Source of the DNA: an uncultured Alphaproteobacteria bacterium
GTDB lineage: Bacteria; Pseudomonadota; Alphaproteobacteria; Rhizobiales; Rhizobiaceae
DNA: 64,000 nt
Assembly (NCBI GenBank): GCA_963699855.1
Contig: CAVOVL010000006.1
Location: forward strand, 68,606 to 132,605
Direction: 5' to 3'
The notes below the pieces were generated by a model. That model saw nothing but the letters and a program-made list of their open reading frames with translations, ran no database searches and was not told the origin of the DNA. Below, piece by piece: positions 43,241-54,968 of the stretch. The translations under genes were made by a program, and so were the position numbers. The first letter of the stretch is position 1, and each line of letters starts with the position of its first letter.

Positions 43241-44476
43241 TCAGAAATCCGAGGGCGGGGTGGCCGTCCGCCGCGCCAGCTTCAGGAAAGGCCGCTCGAC
43301 GATGCGGGCGCGTACCATCATCTTGTGATAGCGCAGCTCGCGAAGGGCGTAGATTTCAGCCCAAAGCTCTCCATTTGCCGTATCGGCGTATTTGCGTTCG
43401 ATACTGGCGATAGCGATGTTGCGCTTGGTTGTGGGCGACCAGGTCGCCGCAGTGATGATTCCCGCCTCGCGGGTCTTGCGGTGGTACAGCAGTGCCATGC
43501 TGGCCGGTTCGTTGCCCTCAAGCTCCATGCCCACGAGTGCAAAACGCATCGCGCCCTTTGCCCTTGCGGCGGTGATGGCACGCTTGCCGTTGAAATGCGA
43601 CTTGGCCATGTCGACCATCCATTCGAGGCCGGTTTCGTCCGGAAAGCGCGTCCTGTCCGTCCGCAACGCCTTCTCGCTCGTGACGAAATCGGCGTTTGCA
43701 ACGATGAAGCCCGCTTCGATTCGCGCGCGGTTCAGTGCCGAATAGCCGATGGCGGCGATGCCGCGCAGCCGACCGGCTTCCCACAGGCGATCCCAAAGCG
43801 AAAGCGCCTTGGCTCGGTCGGCGAATAATTCGTAGCCAAGGTCGCCGGTGAAGCCGGTTCGCGAGATTAGCACCTCGCCGTTTTCATGCGGGAATGCTGC
43901 GATGTCGAACGGCTTCATCGAGGAAATCGCAAAGCCGGCATCGCGCAGGATTGCCGCCGAGGTCGGTCCCTGCAGCGCAAGGCCGGCGATGTCGTCGGTC
44001 TCTTCCGCAATTGCCACATCGAAGCCGTCCGCGCTGTCGAGCAGCCACGGCAAATGCCGCTCCTGGCAACAAAGCCGGAACCGGTTCTCCGCCAGCCGGA
44101 ACAGCGTGCCGTCATCCAGCAACTGGCCCTCGTCGTCGCACCAGGCGGTGTAATGCACCCGCCGCAGGCCGAGCTTGCGCACGTCTCGCAACGTCAGGCG
44201 GTTGAGGAAATCCACCGCGCCGTGGCCCTCGATCCGGTATTTGACCATGGGCGAGATGTCGAACAGCGCCGCGGTCGAGCGGATGGCGAAATACTCCAGT
44301 TCCTCGTCGCGGATCTTCGAAGGTGCGGCGTAGCCGGCCCAGTCATACCAGTCGGCTCCGGTCATCAATGCCGCAAGGCGCGAATGGAAGGGCGACTGGC
44401 GTTGTGGCGTCCGGAAATGGTCCTGCTGTGCAAGACGGGCAAGGCTATCGGCGGCGATTGCTGCGTTGGTGTTCAT
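43241..44476 (-). CDS. aminomethyltransferase family protein (GcvT-like; glycine-cleavage T / N-methyl demethylase-like)
   Basis: Intact 411 aa with the GcvT fold: ...FDISPMVKYRIEGHGAVDFLNRLTLRDV..., GYSALNRARIEAGFI. Confidence 0.7.
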   Translation of the reverse strand: MNTNAAIAADSLARLAQQDHFRTPQRQSPFHSRLAALMTGADWYDWAGYAAPSKIRDEELEYFAIRSTAALFDISPMVKYRIEGHGAVDFLNRLTLRDVRKLGLRRVHYTAWCDDEGQLLDDGTLFRLAENRFRLCCQERHLPWLLDSADGFDVAIAEETDDIAGLALQGPTSAAILRDAGFAISSMKPFDIAAFPHENGEVLISRTGFTGDLGYELFADRAKALSLWDRLWEAGRLRGIAAIGYSALNRARIEAGFIVANADFVTSEKALRTDRTRFPDETGLEWMVDMAKSHFNGKRAITAARAKGAMRFALVGMELEGNEPASMALLYHRKTREAGIITAATWSPTTKRNIAIASIERKYADTANGELWAEIYALRELRYHKMMVRARIVERPFLKLARRTATPPSDF

Positions 44477-46023
44477 TGGCCTCGCTCCGATGCCATGATT
44501 TCACGTGCCGCGTTGACTCCGGAAATTCCGGAAATGCCGCCGCCCGGATGCGCACCCGCGCCGCAATGCCAAAGGCCGCCGACCGGCGCACGGTAATTGG
44601 CAGTGCCGAAGACGGGGCGCAGCGCATAAAGCCGGTCGGCCTGCAATTCGTGGTGGTGCCAGTGCCCGCCGGGAGAGCCGAAAGTATCGCCGATCTCGAC
44701 GGGCGAAAGCAGGGCTGCGGCGAGCACGTGATTGCCGATTCCCGGGCTCGCAGCTTCCAGCCGCGCAATGACGGCGCGCGTCAGCGCGTGTCGCCCCTTG
44801 TCCCAGCCTTCCTTCAGATCGTGCGGGGTGTTGGCGATTGAAATCGAAAGAATTGCCGCCGCACCTTGCTTCGCCGATTGAGTGTCCGGCTGCTCGACAA
44901 TGAGTTCGAACGGCGGGTCCGCCGGCAGTTCGCCGTATTTCTGGGGGTTGAAGCTGTCCTCGATAGCGCGGATCGATGGCGCATGAACATGGCGCGCCGG
45001 AATATCGCCGTGGAATTGCGGAGGCCGGTCCAGCGCAATGAAGAGCTTGGAAACATTTCCCTTGCTGCGCAGCGATTTGATCGCGCTTGCAAAACCTGTG
45101 TCGAGTTCACGGCCCGGAAGCAGCCGCCCGAAAGTCTGCAGCGGCGAGGTTGCAGAAAGTACAGTACGGCAGACAATGGTTTCGCCGGCCACGAGCGTCA
45201 CGCCGGTGACCGTGCCTGCCTCCACGTCGATCCGCGCAACCGGGCTGGCGGTCCTGACTTCAGCTCCAGCCACGCGTGCAGCGCTTGCGAACGCCTCCAT
45301 CACCGCCGCCATGCCGCCAACCGGTATCGTCATGCCGCCCTGGCGCCCGCCCGATTCGCCGGACAGGCGGTGGTATAGACCCAGCAGCGAGGTCGGCGAT
45401 CGCGGCCCCAGCCGGATGCCGAGCGTTGCGTCGAAGGCCGTCAGCCCCTTGAGACGGTCATCGTCCAGCACCTCGTCCGCTACATCGGCAACGCACATCA
45501 GCGCCATGCGCAGGAACTGCCGGAACTCGTCCGCGCCGCTCATGCGCATACCCATCGCCACCCGCGCGATCTTCGCCTTTGCGCCAAGATCAGCGGTTTG
45601 CGGTCCGATGGGTGGTTCACCGTCAAATGCGCCCAGAACGGAAGCCTGCTTGAGGAGACGCTTGCGCAGCTGGGCAAACGCCTCCGCCTCGCCGGCGGGC
45701 ACGCCGGAAACCTGCTCGCCCCAAGCACCTGACAGGGTAATGGCGGGGGCATCGGCGCTAAGCGTCACCGTGGAAGCAAGGCCGCCATGTTTGAAGCCGT
45801 GCCTTTCAAGCTCGAGTGCCTTTTCCACGGATGCCGGCAGTCGATAAAGGGCAGGGGAGAGCGAGCCCGAAAAACCGGGCGCGAACTCCACCGCTCCGCC
45901 CAAGCCGCCGATGCGCGCAGATGCCTCAAGCACGACGACGCGCCTGCCCGATTTTGCCAGCATCGCCGCCGCTGCAAGGCCGTTATGGCCCGCGCCGATG
46001 ACCGCAACGTCAAAAGACTTCAT
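44473..46023 (-). CDS. FAD-dependent oxidoreductase (phytoene desaturase / amine oxidase-like family)
   Basis: Intact 516 aa, N-terminal FAD fold MKSFDVAVIGAGHNGLAAAAMLAKSGRRVVVLEA. Confidence 0.7.
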   Translation of the reverse strand: MKSFDVAVIGAGHNGLAAAAMLAKSGRRVVVLEASARIGGLGGAVEFAPGFSGSLSPALYRLPASVEKALELERHGFKHGGLASTVTLSADAPAITLSGAWGEQVSGVPAGEAEAFAQLRKRLLKQASVLGAFDGEPPIGPQTADLGAKAKIARVAMGMRMSGADEFRQFLRMALMCVADVADEVLDDDRLKGLTAFDATLGIRLGPRSPTSLLGLYHRLSGESGGRQGGMTIPVGGMAAVMEAFASAARVAGAEVRTASPVARIDVEAGTVTGVTLVAGETIVCRTVLSATSPLQTFGRLLPGRELDTGFASAIKSLRSKGNVSKLFIALDRPPQFHGDIPARHVHAPSIRAIEDSFNPQKYGELPADPPFELIVEQPDTQSAKQGAAAILSISIANTPHDLKEGWDKGRHALTRAVIARLEAASPGIGNHVLAAALLSPVEIGDTFGSPGGHWHHHELQADRLYALRPVFGTANYRAPVGGLWHCGAGAHPGGGISGISGVNAAREIMASERGQ

Positions 46024-47689
46024 GGGCAGGGCTCATGTGGCCGGAACGGCTTGGCCAGGTCGCGAAGGATCTCGAATGCAGCGTTTCTGCCCGGAGCGCC
46101 CATGACGCCGCCGCCCGGATGGGTCGAGGAGCCGCACATGTAGAGGCCGGGTACGGGACTGCGATATTGCGCATAGGCGGGAATGGGCCGGTTGAACAGC
46201 AACTGGTCGAAGGTCAGTTCGCCCTGGAAGATATTGCCTTCCGTCAGGCCGACTTCCTCCTCGATTTCGCGCGGCGTGCGCACTTCCATGTGAAGGATAC
46301 GCTCGCGAAAACCCGGCGAATATTCGGATATCTGGTCTACGACCGTTTTGGCGAAACCGTCGCGGTCGGCGGGCGTCCAGTCGCGTCCCTCGACCTTGGG
46401 CGGGCAGTATTGCACGAAGCAACTGACGAAATGCTTGCCCGGCGGCGCCATGGTGGGATCGAGCGTCGTCGGGATCATCATGTCGACGAAGGGGTCGGCG
46501 GACCAGCGCCTGGCCTTCCAGTCGTCATAGGCGCGCTCCATGCGCTCGACGCTGTCGGTGAAGTGAAGGTCGCCGCGGATCGACGGGACAATCGGCCGGC
46601 ATGGCCGGAAATTCGGGCAGGCTGTCGAGCGCGATGTTGAGCTTGCCGGAGGAGCCGCGCATCTTGAAATTGCTGACCTGCGAAACGAAGGTTTCCGGCA
46701 GGTCGTCGCGGTTGACCAGCTTGAGGAAGGTCCGCTTCACATCGGCATTGGAAACGATGGTTCGCGCCCGTAAGTCGTCGCCGTTGGCAAGGGCGACGCC
46801 GGTCGCGCGACCGCGTTCGACGATTACCTTGCTGACCTCGGCCTCGGTGAGGATGGTGCCGCCGCTGGCCCGCAGCGATGAAGCGAGCGCCTTGGTGATT
46901 GCGCCCATGCCGCCGCGCGCATAGCCCCAGGCGCCGACATTGCCGTCCACTTCGCCCATGTAGTGGTGCAGCAGCACATAGGCCGTTCCCGGCGACATCG
47001 GGCCGAGCGCGGTGCCGATGATGCCGGAGATCGCCAGATAGGCCTTGATGACGTCGTTCTCGAAATATTCGTCGAGGAAGTCCGAGATCGACATGGTCCA
47101 GAAACGCGCGGTCTGGGCCATTTCGGCAGGCGTCAGATTCCCGAACTTGCGCGCCAGATAGATGAGTTCGCCCACGTCGCGCGGCTTGAAGCTGGCCGGA
47201 TCGGGCGCCGTGCGCATCAGCAGCGGCTGCACGAAACGGCATTGCCGCGTTACGTCGCGCGAATAGCGTTCATAGGTCTCCGCGTCGCGCGGGCTGAAGC
47301 GGGCGAATTCGCGCCGGTGGGCGTGATGGTTGCGGTAACTGGCGAGGTAGTCGCCGTCGCGCGTGAACACCGCGCCGCCTTCATAGGCGATGACTTGCAG
47401 GCCGTGTCGCGGCAATTCCAGATCGCGCATGATCTCGGGCCGGAACAGGCTGCAGACATAGGAGCAGTTGGAATAGATGAATCCCCGGATGCAGTTCGCG
47501 GCTCACCGCCGCGCCGCCGATCCAGTCGTTCTTTTCGACCACGGCGACGTTCAGGCCGGCCCGCTGCATGTAGCAGGCCGCGACCAGCCCGTTGTGCCCG
47601 GCGCCGATGACAATTACGTCGAAACCGGTGGCGGACTTGGCGTCCCGCGTTGCCAGGTTTGCCGTTTCGGACACGTTGTAATGCCTCAT
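46020..47689 (-). pseudogene. second FAD-dependent oxidoreductase of the same family, 2 apparent frameshifts (about 47400 and about 46530)
   Basis: N-terminus FDVIVIGAGHNGLVAACYMQRAGLNVAVVE in ORF 47381-47689. The middle lies in ORF 46525-47430. The C-terminus lies in ORF 46020-46541. Confidence 0.65.
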
Positions 47690-47772
47690 TTTCGCTTGCG
47701 CCGATGAGTGACTTTGCCATGGGCCGGTCCCGCCTGTCCAGAGTTACTGAATGAATGTTCAGCAAATAAGGA

Positions 47773-48669
47773 TTGCATCCGCGTCTCCGTGGCGTATTGT
47801 CAATGGTGCTGAACCACGGAGGAGGCATGCACCGGGAGTCCGCCAAGGCCGGCGCGCAAGCGCCCGCAGGAGAAGATGTCGGCGCACAGGCGCGCGCTGA
47901 CGAGTATGACGATGCCGCGATCCGCTTTCTGGAGACGCTGTGGGGCGACGGCTTCCTGTCGCCGGGCGGACCGGAGGAAGTCGAAGAGATCGTGCGGGGC
48001 ATCGCGTTCGAGGGCAGGGAGGTTCTCGACATCGGATGCGGATCGGGTGGCATCACCGTGCTCCTGGCCAAAACAAAGCCGCTTTCCAGGATCACCGGTT
48101 TTGATGTCGAGGCGACAGTTATCGAAAACGCGGTTCGCAGGGCAAGCAGGGACGAACTCTCGGACAAGGCTGAATTCGTGCTCGGCGCGCCCGGCCCGCT
48201 GCCCTTTGCCGATGAAGCTTTTGACGTGGTGTTTTCCAAGGACGCGCTGATCCACGTTCCGGACAAGGACGCGCTTTTTGCCGACATTTTCAGGATGTTG
48301 CGACCGGGCGGCGTGTTTGCCGCCAGTGACTGGTTGATCGGGCATGACGGACCGCCCTCGCAACAGATGCGCGACTACATCGCGGCTGAGGGCCTCAGTT
48401 TTGCGATGGCATCGCCCACACGATATCGCGTCGCGATGGAGAGCGCGGGGTTCGTCGACATTGCCACGAGGAGCCGCAATGAATGGTATGCCAAGCGCGC
48501 TCGCGAGGAATTGGCGCTGATGGCCGGCCCACTCAACGCGGAACTTTGCCGTGTGGTCGGCAAGGCCTATGTGGACAAGAATATCAAGACGTGGACGATG
48601 ATGCTCAAGGTGCTGGAAAGTGGCGAGCATTGCCCGACGCATCTTTACGCGCGCAAGCCGCCCGGCTGA
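47773..48669 (+). CDS. class I SAM-dependent methyltransferase (start uncertain: 47773, 47800 or 47827)
   Basis: Motif I VLDIGCGSGGITVLLA. Acidic post-motif DVEATVIENA. Motif LRPGGVFAASDW. Confidence 0.7.
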   Translation: MHPRLRGVLSMVLNHGGGMHRESAKAGAQAPAGEDVGAQARADEYDDAAIRFLETLWGDGFLSPGGPEEVEEIVRGIAFEGREVLDIGCGSGGITVLLAKTKPLSRITGFDVEATVIENAVRRASRDELSDKAEFVLGAPGPLPFADEAFDVVFSKDALIHVPDKDALFADIFRMLRPGGVFAASDWLIGHDGPPSQQMRDYIAAEGLSFAMASPTRYRVAMESAGFVDIATRSRNEWYAKRAREELALMAGPLNAELCRVVGKAYVDKNIKTWTMMLKVLESGEHCPTHLYARKPPG

Positions 48670-48724
48670 CTTGCGTCCCGAATTAACGGCTGCTCCGTAC
48701 AGCCAAAGGCAGGAATGAACGGCA

Positions 48725-49393
48725 TTGACAGAGACTGTCACCGACAAGCTACCGAGACGGGCGCCGAAGTCCCTGAGGCGCGAACAGTTGATCAACGCGA
48801 CGATCGATTCCCTTGCGCGGCGCGGTTATGCCGCCACGACGCTCGCAGACGTGGCCGATGGCGCTGGTCTGTCGCGCGGCATCGTGAACTTCCATTTCGA
48901 GAGCAAGGACAAGTTGCTGATCGAGACGCTGCAGTTCCTCGCCGACGAATACAGCGCGAACTGGCGCGAAGCGGTAGCCAAGGCAGTCGACAGCCCCGCG
49001 CAACAGATGTTCGCGATCATTGTTGCCGATCTCGACGAACGGGTCTGCAATCCGCGCAAGGTTGCCGCCTGGTTTGCGTTTTTCGCCGAAGCCAAGTCGC
49101 GCCCGTCCTACCAGAAACTGAGTTGGGCGCGCGACGGCGACTATATGGATTTGCTGGCAAACGTGTGCCGCGATTTGAAGCATGAAGGCAAATATGGCTT
49201 TGATTCCAATCGTATGGCGGATGCCGTTTATGCGATGCAGGAAGGCCTGTGGCTGCGCCTGATGCTTGAATCGGACGAATTCTCACGCGAACTTGCGCTC
49301 GAGACCGCCTTGACGACGATCGGAACGCTGTTTCCGCGGCATTTCGATCAACAGGGACGACTTATCCGCAACATGAAAGGACACGTGGAATGA
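48725..49393 (+). CDS. TetR/AcrR family transcriptional regulator
   Basis: N-terminal HTH ...REQLINATIDSLARRGYAATTLADVADGAGLSRGIVNFHFESKDKLL. TTG start. The stop overlaps the next gene's ATG. Confidence 0.75.
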   Translation: MTETVTDKLPRRAPKSLRREQLINATIDSLARRGYAATTLADVADGAGLSRGIVNFHFESKDKLLIETLQFLADEYSANWREAVAKAVDSPAQQMFAIIVADLDERVCNPRKVAAWFAFFAEAKSRPSYQKLSWARDGDYMDLLANVCRDLKHEGKYGFDSNRMADAVYAMQEGLWLRLMLESDEFSRELALETALTTIGTLFPRHFDQQGRLIRNMKGHVE

Positions 49394-50476
49394 CGCATCG
49401 GACAATGAGAAGCGGCATTGCCGCAATCGCCGCGATCGCAATGCTGGGCGTCGCGGCAATCGCGCCTGCATCTGCCGAGGACAGCGAACTGACCGTATTC
49501 GACTGGTCGGGCTATGAGGATCCGGGGTTCCACCCCTCTTATGTCGAGAAGCACAAGGACTCGCCGGTCTTCGCCTTCTTTGCGGACGAGGAAGAGGCGT
49601 TCCAGAAGCTTCGTGCCGGCTTCAAGGCGGATGTCGCCCATCCCTGCTCGCAAAGCGTGGTGAAGTGGCGCGAGGCCGGCATTCTTGAACCCATCGATAC
49701 CAGCAGGATAGCCGAATGGGACAATGTCATGCCCGGCATCAAGGCGATGAAGAATCTGCTCACTTCCGAGGATGGCAAGGCGTGGCTGATCCCGTTCGAA
49801 TGGGGCAACACGGCGCTACTTTACCGCACCGACAAGGTCGATGCCAACGACGTCAAGTCGCTGAAGGCCTTCGCCGACCCGAAATTCGCCGGGCGCGTGT
49901 CGATCGGCGACAATGTCGATGACGCCTATGCGCTTGCGAGCCTCGTCATCGGCGTCAAGGACTGGACGACGATGACAGACGAGCAGTTTGCCGCTGCCTC
50001 GCAGTTCCTGCGTGATGTCCACAAGAATGTACGCCTTTACTGGACCGACAACACCGAACTCGTACAGGCGATAGCGAGCGGCGAAGTGGATCTCGCCTGG
50101 GCATGGAACGAGAGCAAGACAACGCTTGAGGGCGACGGCGTGCCCGTCGCGATGACCACGGACACTGCAGAGGGCATTTCGACCTGGGTCTGCGGCTATG
50201 GCCTGCTCGCGGGCGGCGAGGGCAACAAGGACAAGGCGTATGACTATCTCAACGCTGTTTTCGACCCGAAGGTGTCGTCGTACCTCGTGGGCGAGTGGGG
50301 CTATGGCCATGGCAATGCCAAGGGCATGGCAGATGGTCGATCCGGCTACACTGGCCGACAGCGGATACGGCGATGTGGCCGCGTTCGTGGACAAGACGCT
50401 GTTCCAGTCACCGGTGCCTGAGACCTTGCGCCAGAAAATGATCGCCGAGTTCGAGAAGATCAAGGCAGGCTACTAG
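49390..50476 (+). pseudogene. PotD/PotF-family periplasmic substrate-binding protein (polyamine/amine-type ABC SBP), one apparent frameshift near 50325
   Basis: Signal peptide MTHRTMRSGIAAIAAIAMLGVAAIAPASA. Body in ORF 49390-50421. The C-terminus ...MQMVDPATLADSGYGDVAAFVDKTLFQSPVPE...KIKAGY lies in ORF 50198-50476. Confidence 0.7.
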
Positions 50477-50516
50477 AACTCCGGGCGCGAGCCGCTTTGA
50501 TGGTGGCTCGCGCTCC

Positions 50517-51610
50517 TCATTCCTGCTTCAGCATGGCGACGAATGCTGCGTCGTCGTAGTCTATGCGGACCGGCGCGCCTTCCGGCAGATCGTCGGCGCC
50601 GAAATTGTTTGCCTCGACAAGTGTCAGTTCGTTTTCCTGGCCCTCCACGCGAACGACGAGGTGCGTGACGTCGCCGAAATAGTGGCGGTTCACCACCCGC
50701 GCAGCCAGTTTTGCCGGTTCGGCGCTTTCCCACACGAGCCGCAACCGTTCGGGGCGTATCCCGAATACGATGTTGTCGTTTGCCCCTCCAGCGCCTGCCG
50801 GGACCGCGCAAGAAATCTGCCCGAAACCTGGCGCCGTTGCCGACACAGTTCCCCCGTTCATGGTCGGGCCGGTCGTGGTTAGGAAGTTCATCCCGCCGAG
50901 AAAGTCGGCGACCTTCGTGCTGGCCGGCCGTCTGATAGATGTCTTGCGGCGCGGCGATCTGGGCGATCTTGCCGTCGAACATCACGGCTATGCGGTCGGA
51001 CATCGCAAGCGCCTCGTACTGGTCATGGGTGACCAGCACGAAAGTGATGCCGATGGCGCGCTGCAGCTTGCGCAGTTCCACCTGCATCTGCTCGCGCAGC
51101 TTCTTGTCGAGCGCGGAAAGCGGCTCGTCCAGCAACAGCACCTTTGGCCGCAGGACCAGCGCTCGGGCAAGTGCGACCCGCTGGCGCTGGCCGCCCGACA
51201 ATTCGCTGCCGTTGCGCGTACCCAGCCCGCCCAGTTCCACCAGCGACAGGGCTTCGCTGACACGCCGTTTCTCCTCCTCGCGCCCAAGTCGAAGGCGCTT
51301 CAGGCCATAGGCGACGTTCTCGTTGACATTGAGATGTGGAAAGATGGCGTAGCTCTGGAACACCATGTTGGTAGGCCGCAGATTGGGCGGAATGCCGGCC
51401 ATGGACGCTCCGGCGATGCTGATCGAGCCTTCGCTCGGTTCGTCGAAAGCCGGCGATCATCCGCAGCAAGGTTGTCTTGCCGCAGCCGGACGGGCCGAGC
51501 AGCGAAAAGAACTCCCCCTTGTGTATCTGTGCGGTCACGGCGTCGAGCGCGGTGAAATTGCCGTAGCGCTTGGTTACCCGGTCTATGCTGATGATGACTT
51601 CGGCTTCCAT
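50517..51610 (-). pseudogene. PotA-like ABC transporter ATP-binding protein, at least 2 apparent frameshifts
   Basis: N-terminus [23 protein letters not shown]...[17 protein letters not shown] in ORF 51023-51610. [15 protein letters not shown]...[11 protein letters not shown] in ORF 50473-51402. The C-terminal TOBE domain lies in ORF 50517-50891. Confidence 0.7.
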
Positions 51611-51626
51611 GGCGGCGGCGTCGCTT

Positions 51627-52443
51627 TCAGTTGGCGCTGGTAGAAATGTTGCGGGCGGCCCTGCGGCGGACGACTTCGGCCAGTGTCAGCAGCAGCAGCG
51701 ATCCCAGCAGCATGATGGAACCGAGCGCCAGCACCGCCGGCAGTTTCGCGGCGAAGCGGAGTTGGCCCCAGATGTATACCGGCAGCGTCGGCTCGTTGCC
51801 GCCGAGGAAAAACGCCAGCATGAACTCGTCGATCGAGATGGTGAAGGAGACCAGGATGCTGGAAAGGATGGCAGGAAAGAGCACCGGTATGGTGATGCGG
51901 CGCAGAGTCTGGAACGCCGTATCGCCGAGGTCGCGCCCCGCCTCTTCGAGGCTAGGGTCGAAGCCCTCGAAGCCGGAGACCAGCACTGAAATGGCATAGG
52001 GCGTGCAGAACAGGACGTGCCCGAGCGTGATCGTCACCAGCGACAGCGGCAGCCCAATCGCCAGCAGCACTATGAGCAGCGAAACCGCAATGATAATTTC
52101 CGGCAGGATCAGCGGTGCCATGATCAGTCCGCTGGCGATCGCCTTGCCGCGGAACTTGTACCGCGTCATTGCCCGGGCGGCGCACATGCCCAGGATCGTG
52201 CTGATGACGGCGGTAGCAGATCGCAACGATGAGGCTGTTCCACGCGGCGCGGTGGAGCGTCGCGTTGCTGCCCAGGCTCTTGTACCAATCGAGCGTGAAG
52301 CCCGATAGCGGCAGGCTGGGCGTTGCCGAGGCGTTGAAGGAAAACAACGGCAGCAGCAATACCGGCAAATAGAGGAACACGAGAAACGCGATCGCATAGG
52401 CGAAGAGCGGGTAGCTCCCGGCGCGGGCCAGCCTCATCGCATG
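51627..52443 (-). pseudogene. PotC-like ABC transporter permease, one apparent frameshift near 52200
   Basis: The N-terminus MRLARAGSYPLFAYAIAFLVFLYLPVLLLPLFSFNAS lies in the frame of ORF 51952-53484. The C-terminal part with the EAA loop (SLEEAGRDLGDTAFQTLRRITIPV) lies in ORF 51627-52397. Confidence 0.65.
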
Positions 52444-53366
52444 GCGCTCCTGAACATGCGTAGCGCAAGAACGAATGCGCCGGCCATGATCGACACCGCC
52501 ACCATCGTGACGATGGACAGCGCTGCGCCGAGCGGCCAGTTCGCCGCGCGCCCGAATTGCACCTGGATCGCATTGGCGATCATGATGCCATCCGTTCCGC
52601 CCACGATGCGCGGCGTGACGAAATCGCCGACGGTCGGGATCATCACGATCAGCAGCGCTGCGGTGACGCCGGGCAGGGACAGCGGCAGCGTGATGCGCAG
52701 GAAACGGCGCAGGGCGTTGTCGCCCAGATCGGCGGCCGCTTCGAGCAGTGTCCGGTCCATCTTCTCCAGCGAAACGTAGATCGGCAGGATCGCGAAAACC
52801 ACCCAGGTATGCGCAAGCGTGATGATGACCGCATTGATGTTGTAGAGGAGCGAGGCGATCGGTTCGGTGATCACCCCGGTCCAGATCAGGCCAGTGTTCA
52901 GCACGCCGCCATAGCCAAGGATCACCTTCCACGACAGGATCCGCAGCAGGTAGCCGGACCAGAATGGCACGGTGATCACGAAAAGCCACAGCCCCTTGTT
53001 CCGTCCGCCATGGAACGAGATGAAATAGGCGATGGGGTAGGCCAGCACCACCGTGACGACGCTCACCACCGCCGACACGAAAAGCGAGCGGCCGAGGAGG
53101 TCCAGATAGAGCGGTTCGGTCAGCGCGGTGCGGTAGTTCGCGAGCGTGAACGTGCGGTCGATCGTGAGGTAGTCCTGCGTCCAGAAGCTGTGCGCGATGA
53201 CGACGAGGATCGGTCCGGCAAGCAGCAGCAGCGCATAGAGGAAAGGCGGGGAGATCGTCAGCCAGCCGCGAAGACCGGGATTGGAAAGCAGCCGGGCGGC
53301 GGAGGAAATCTTCACCGTCGGCCATCCTCCGCCTGCCGCATGCCCGCAAGGTATCCGGTTCATCTG
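52434..53366 (-). CDS. PotB-like ABC transporter permease
   Basis: Body of ORF 52434-53459, with the EAA loop LLEAAADLGDNALRRFLRITLPLSLPG. Start uncertain; ATG at 53366 chosen. Confidence 0.7.
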   Translation of the reverse strand, partial: QMNRIPCGHAAGGGWPTVKISSAARLLSNPGLRGWLTISPPFLYALLLLAGPILVVIAHSFWTQDYLTIDRTFTLANYRTALTEPLYLDLLGRSLFVSAVVSVVTVVLAYPIAYFISFHGGRNKGLWLFVITVPFWSGYLLRILSWKVILGYGGVLNTGLIWTGVITEPIASLLYNINAVIITLAHTWVVFAILPIYVSLEKMDRTLLEAAADLGDNALRRFLRITLPLSLPGVTAALLIVMIPTVGDFVTPRIVGGTDGIMIANAIQVQFGRAANWPLGAALSIVTMVAVSIMAGAFVLALRMFRSAMR

Positions 53367-53572
53367 CTTGCACCCCTTTGCGGCCCCTAGGCCAGCCCCT
53401 GCGGATGGTGAACACATCGGAAGTTGAGCGCATCGCGCAGTTGAAATCAAGCAGGCCATCTGTCATTATTGATTGAACGGCCATTCAATAACGGCTTTTT
53501 CACCAGTTTGCGGGTCCGGGCCGTTGTAAGCCGGCAGCCGTCCGCCTGTCCAGTCGGAATCGGGGAGATCGC

Positions 53573-54968
53573 ATGAACGCCGAAGCACGCACGCGCCCGA
53601 TTGTTGCCGGAAGGCAAGACCGCTTGCCGCTGATCGCGCCCTGGTCCTACGCCGGTACCATCGGTACGGTCGCCAAGGAAGCGATCGTCGCGGGCGACGG
53701 CGTCTATGTCTGGGATGAGCATGGCAGGCGGCTGATCGACGGGCCGGCGGGCATGTGGTGCACCAATGCCGGTCACCGCAACGCCATGCTTGCCGACGCG
53801 ATGCGCGAGCAGGCGATGGCGCTTTCCTACAATACGCCCTGGTACACCTCGAACACGATTTCCGCCGACCTTGCCGCGCGGCTGGCGGAACATGCGCCCG
53901 GCGATCTCGATCATGTGTTTTTCACCACCGGCGGATCGACCGCCGTCGAGACGGCGCTGCGTTTCGCGCAGTTCTACAACAATGTCCGCGGACGCCGGGA
54001 GAAGAAGAAGTTCATCTGCCGCGAAGGCGGCTACCATGGAAGCACCTTCCTCAGCGCTTCGCTGAATGGCAGGCCGCGCACGCGCGAATGGATGGACCAA
54101 GCCGAAGACCATGTCATTCGCCTGTCGAGCCCAGATCCTTTCCGCCGGCCGTCAAGCATGAGCATCTCGGCGTTTACCGACCATCTCGTCGACGAGTTCG
54201 AGGCAGCGGTCGAAGAGCATGGCGCGGACACGATCGCGGCATTTGTCGGAGAACCGGTGATGGCTTCGGGCGGCGTTATCGTGCCGCCGCCGGGCTATCT
54301 GGAGCGGATTCGCGCGCTGTGCGAGCGCCACGATATTCTGTTCATCGCCGACGAGGTTGTGACCGCATTCGGCCGTCTGGGACACGTCTTTGCGTCCGAG
54401 AGAGGTGTTCGGCATCGTTCCCGACATGATCACCTTCGCAAAGGGCGTCACTTCCGGCTATTTCCCGCTGGGCGGCGTCATGATTTCACGCCGGCTGATG
54501 GAGGAACTGCGCGCGTCCAACCATCCTGAGGCCATGTTCGGTCATGGCTTCACCTATACCAGCCATCCGATCGGCTGTGCCGTCGCACACCGCAATCTCG
54601 ACATCCTCGAAGGCGGGCTGGCAGAGCATGCACGCGCGGTTGCGCCGTACTTCCTCGAAAGGCTCGAAACCCTTTCCGACTTGCCGCTGGTGGGGGAGGT
54701 GAGGGGGATCGGCCTGATGGCCTGCGTGGAATGCGTGGCCGACAAGGAGGTCAACAATCCGATCGCGCTCGACACCGATGTCGGCGTGCGCATCGACCGC
54801 CATACCCAGGCGCTCGGCCTGCTGGTGCGGCCCATCATCCACATGTGCGTGATGTCGCCGCCACTGATCATCGGCGAGGAGCAGATCGACGACATGGTGG
54901 CTATCCTGCGCGAAGGGATTTCGCGGACGCAGGACGATCTTCGCGCCGAAGGTATCTGGAACGGCTAG
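53573..54968 (+). pseudogene. class III (omega) aminotransferase, PLP-dependent, one apparent frameshift near 54400
   Basis: N-terminal part in ORF 53573-54529 (...YHGSTFLSASL..., DEVVTAFGRLG). The C-terminal part, containing the lysine-bearing region ...ITFAKGVTSGYFPLGGV..., lies in ORF 54390-54968. Confidence 0.75.
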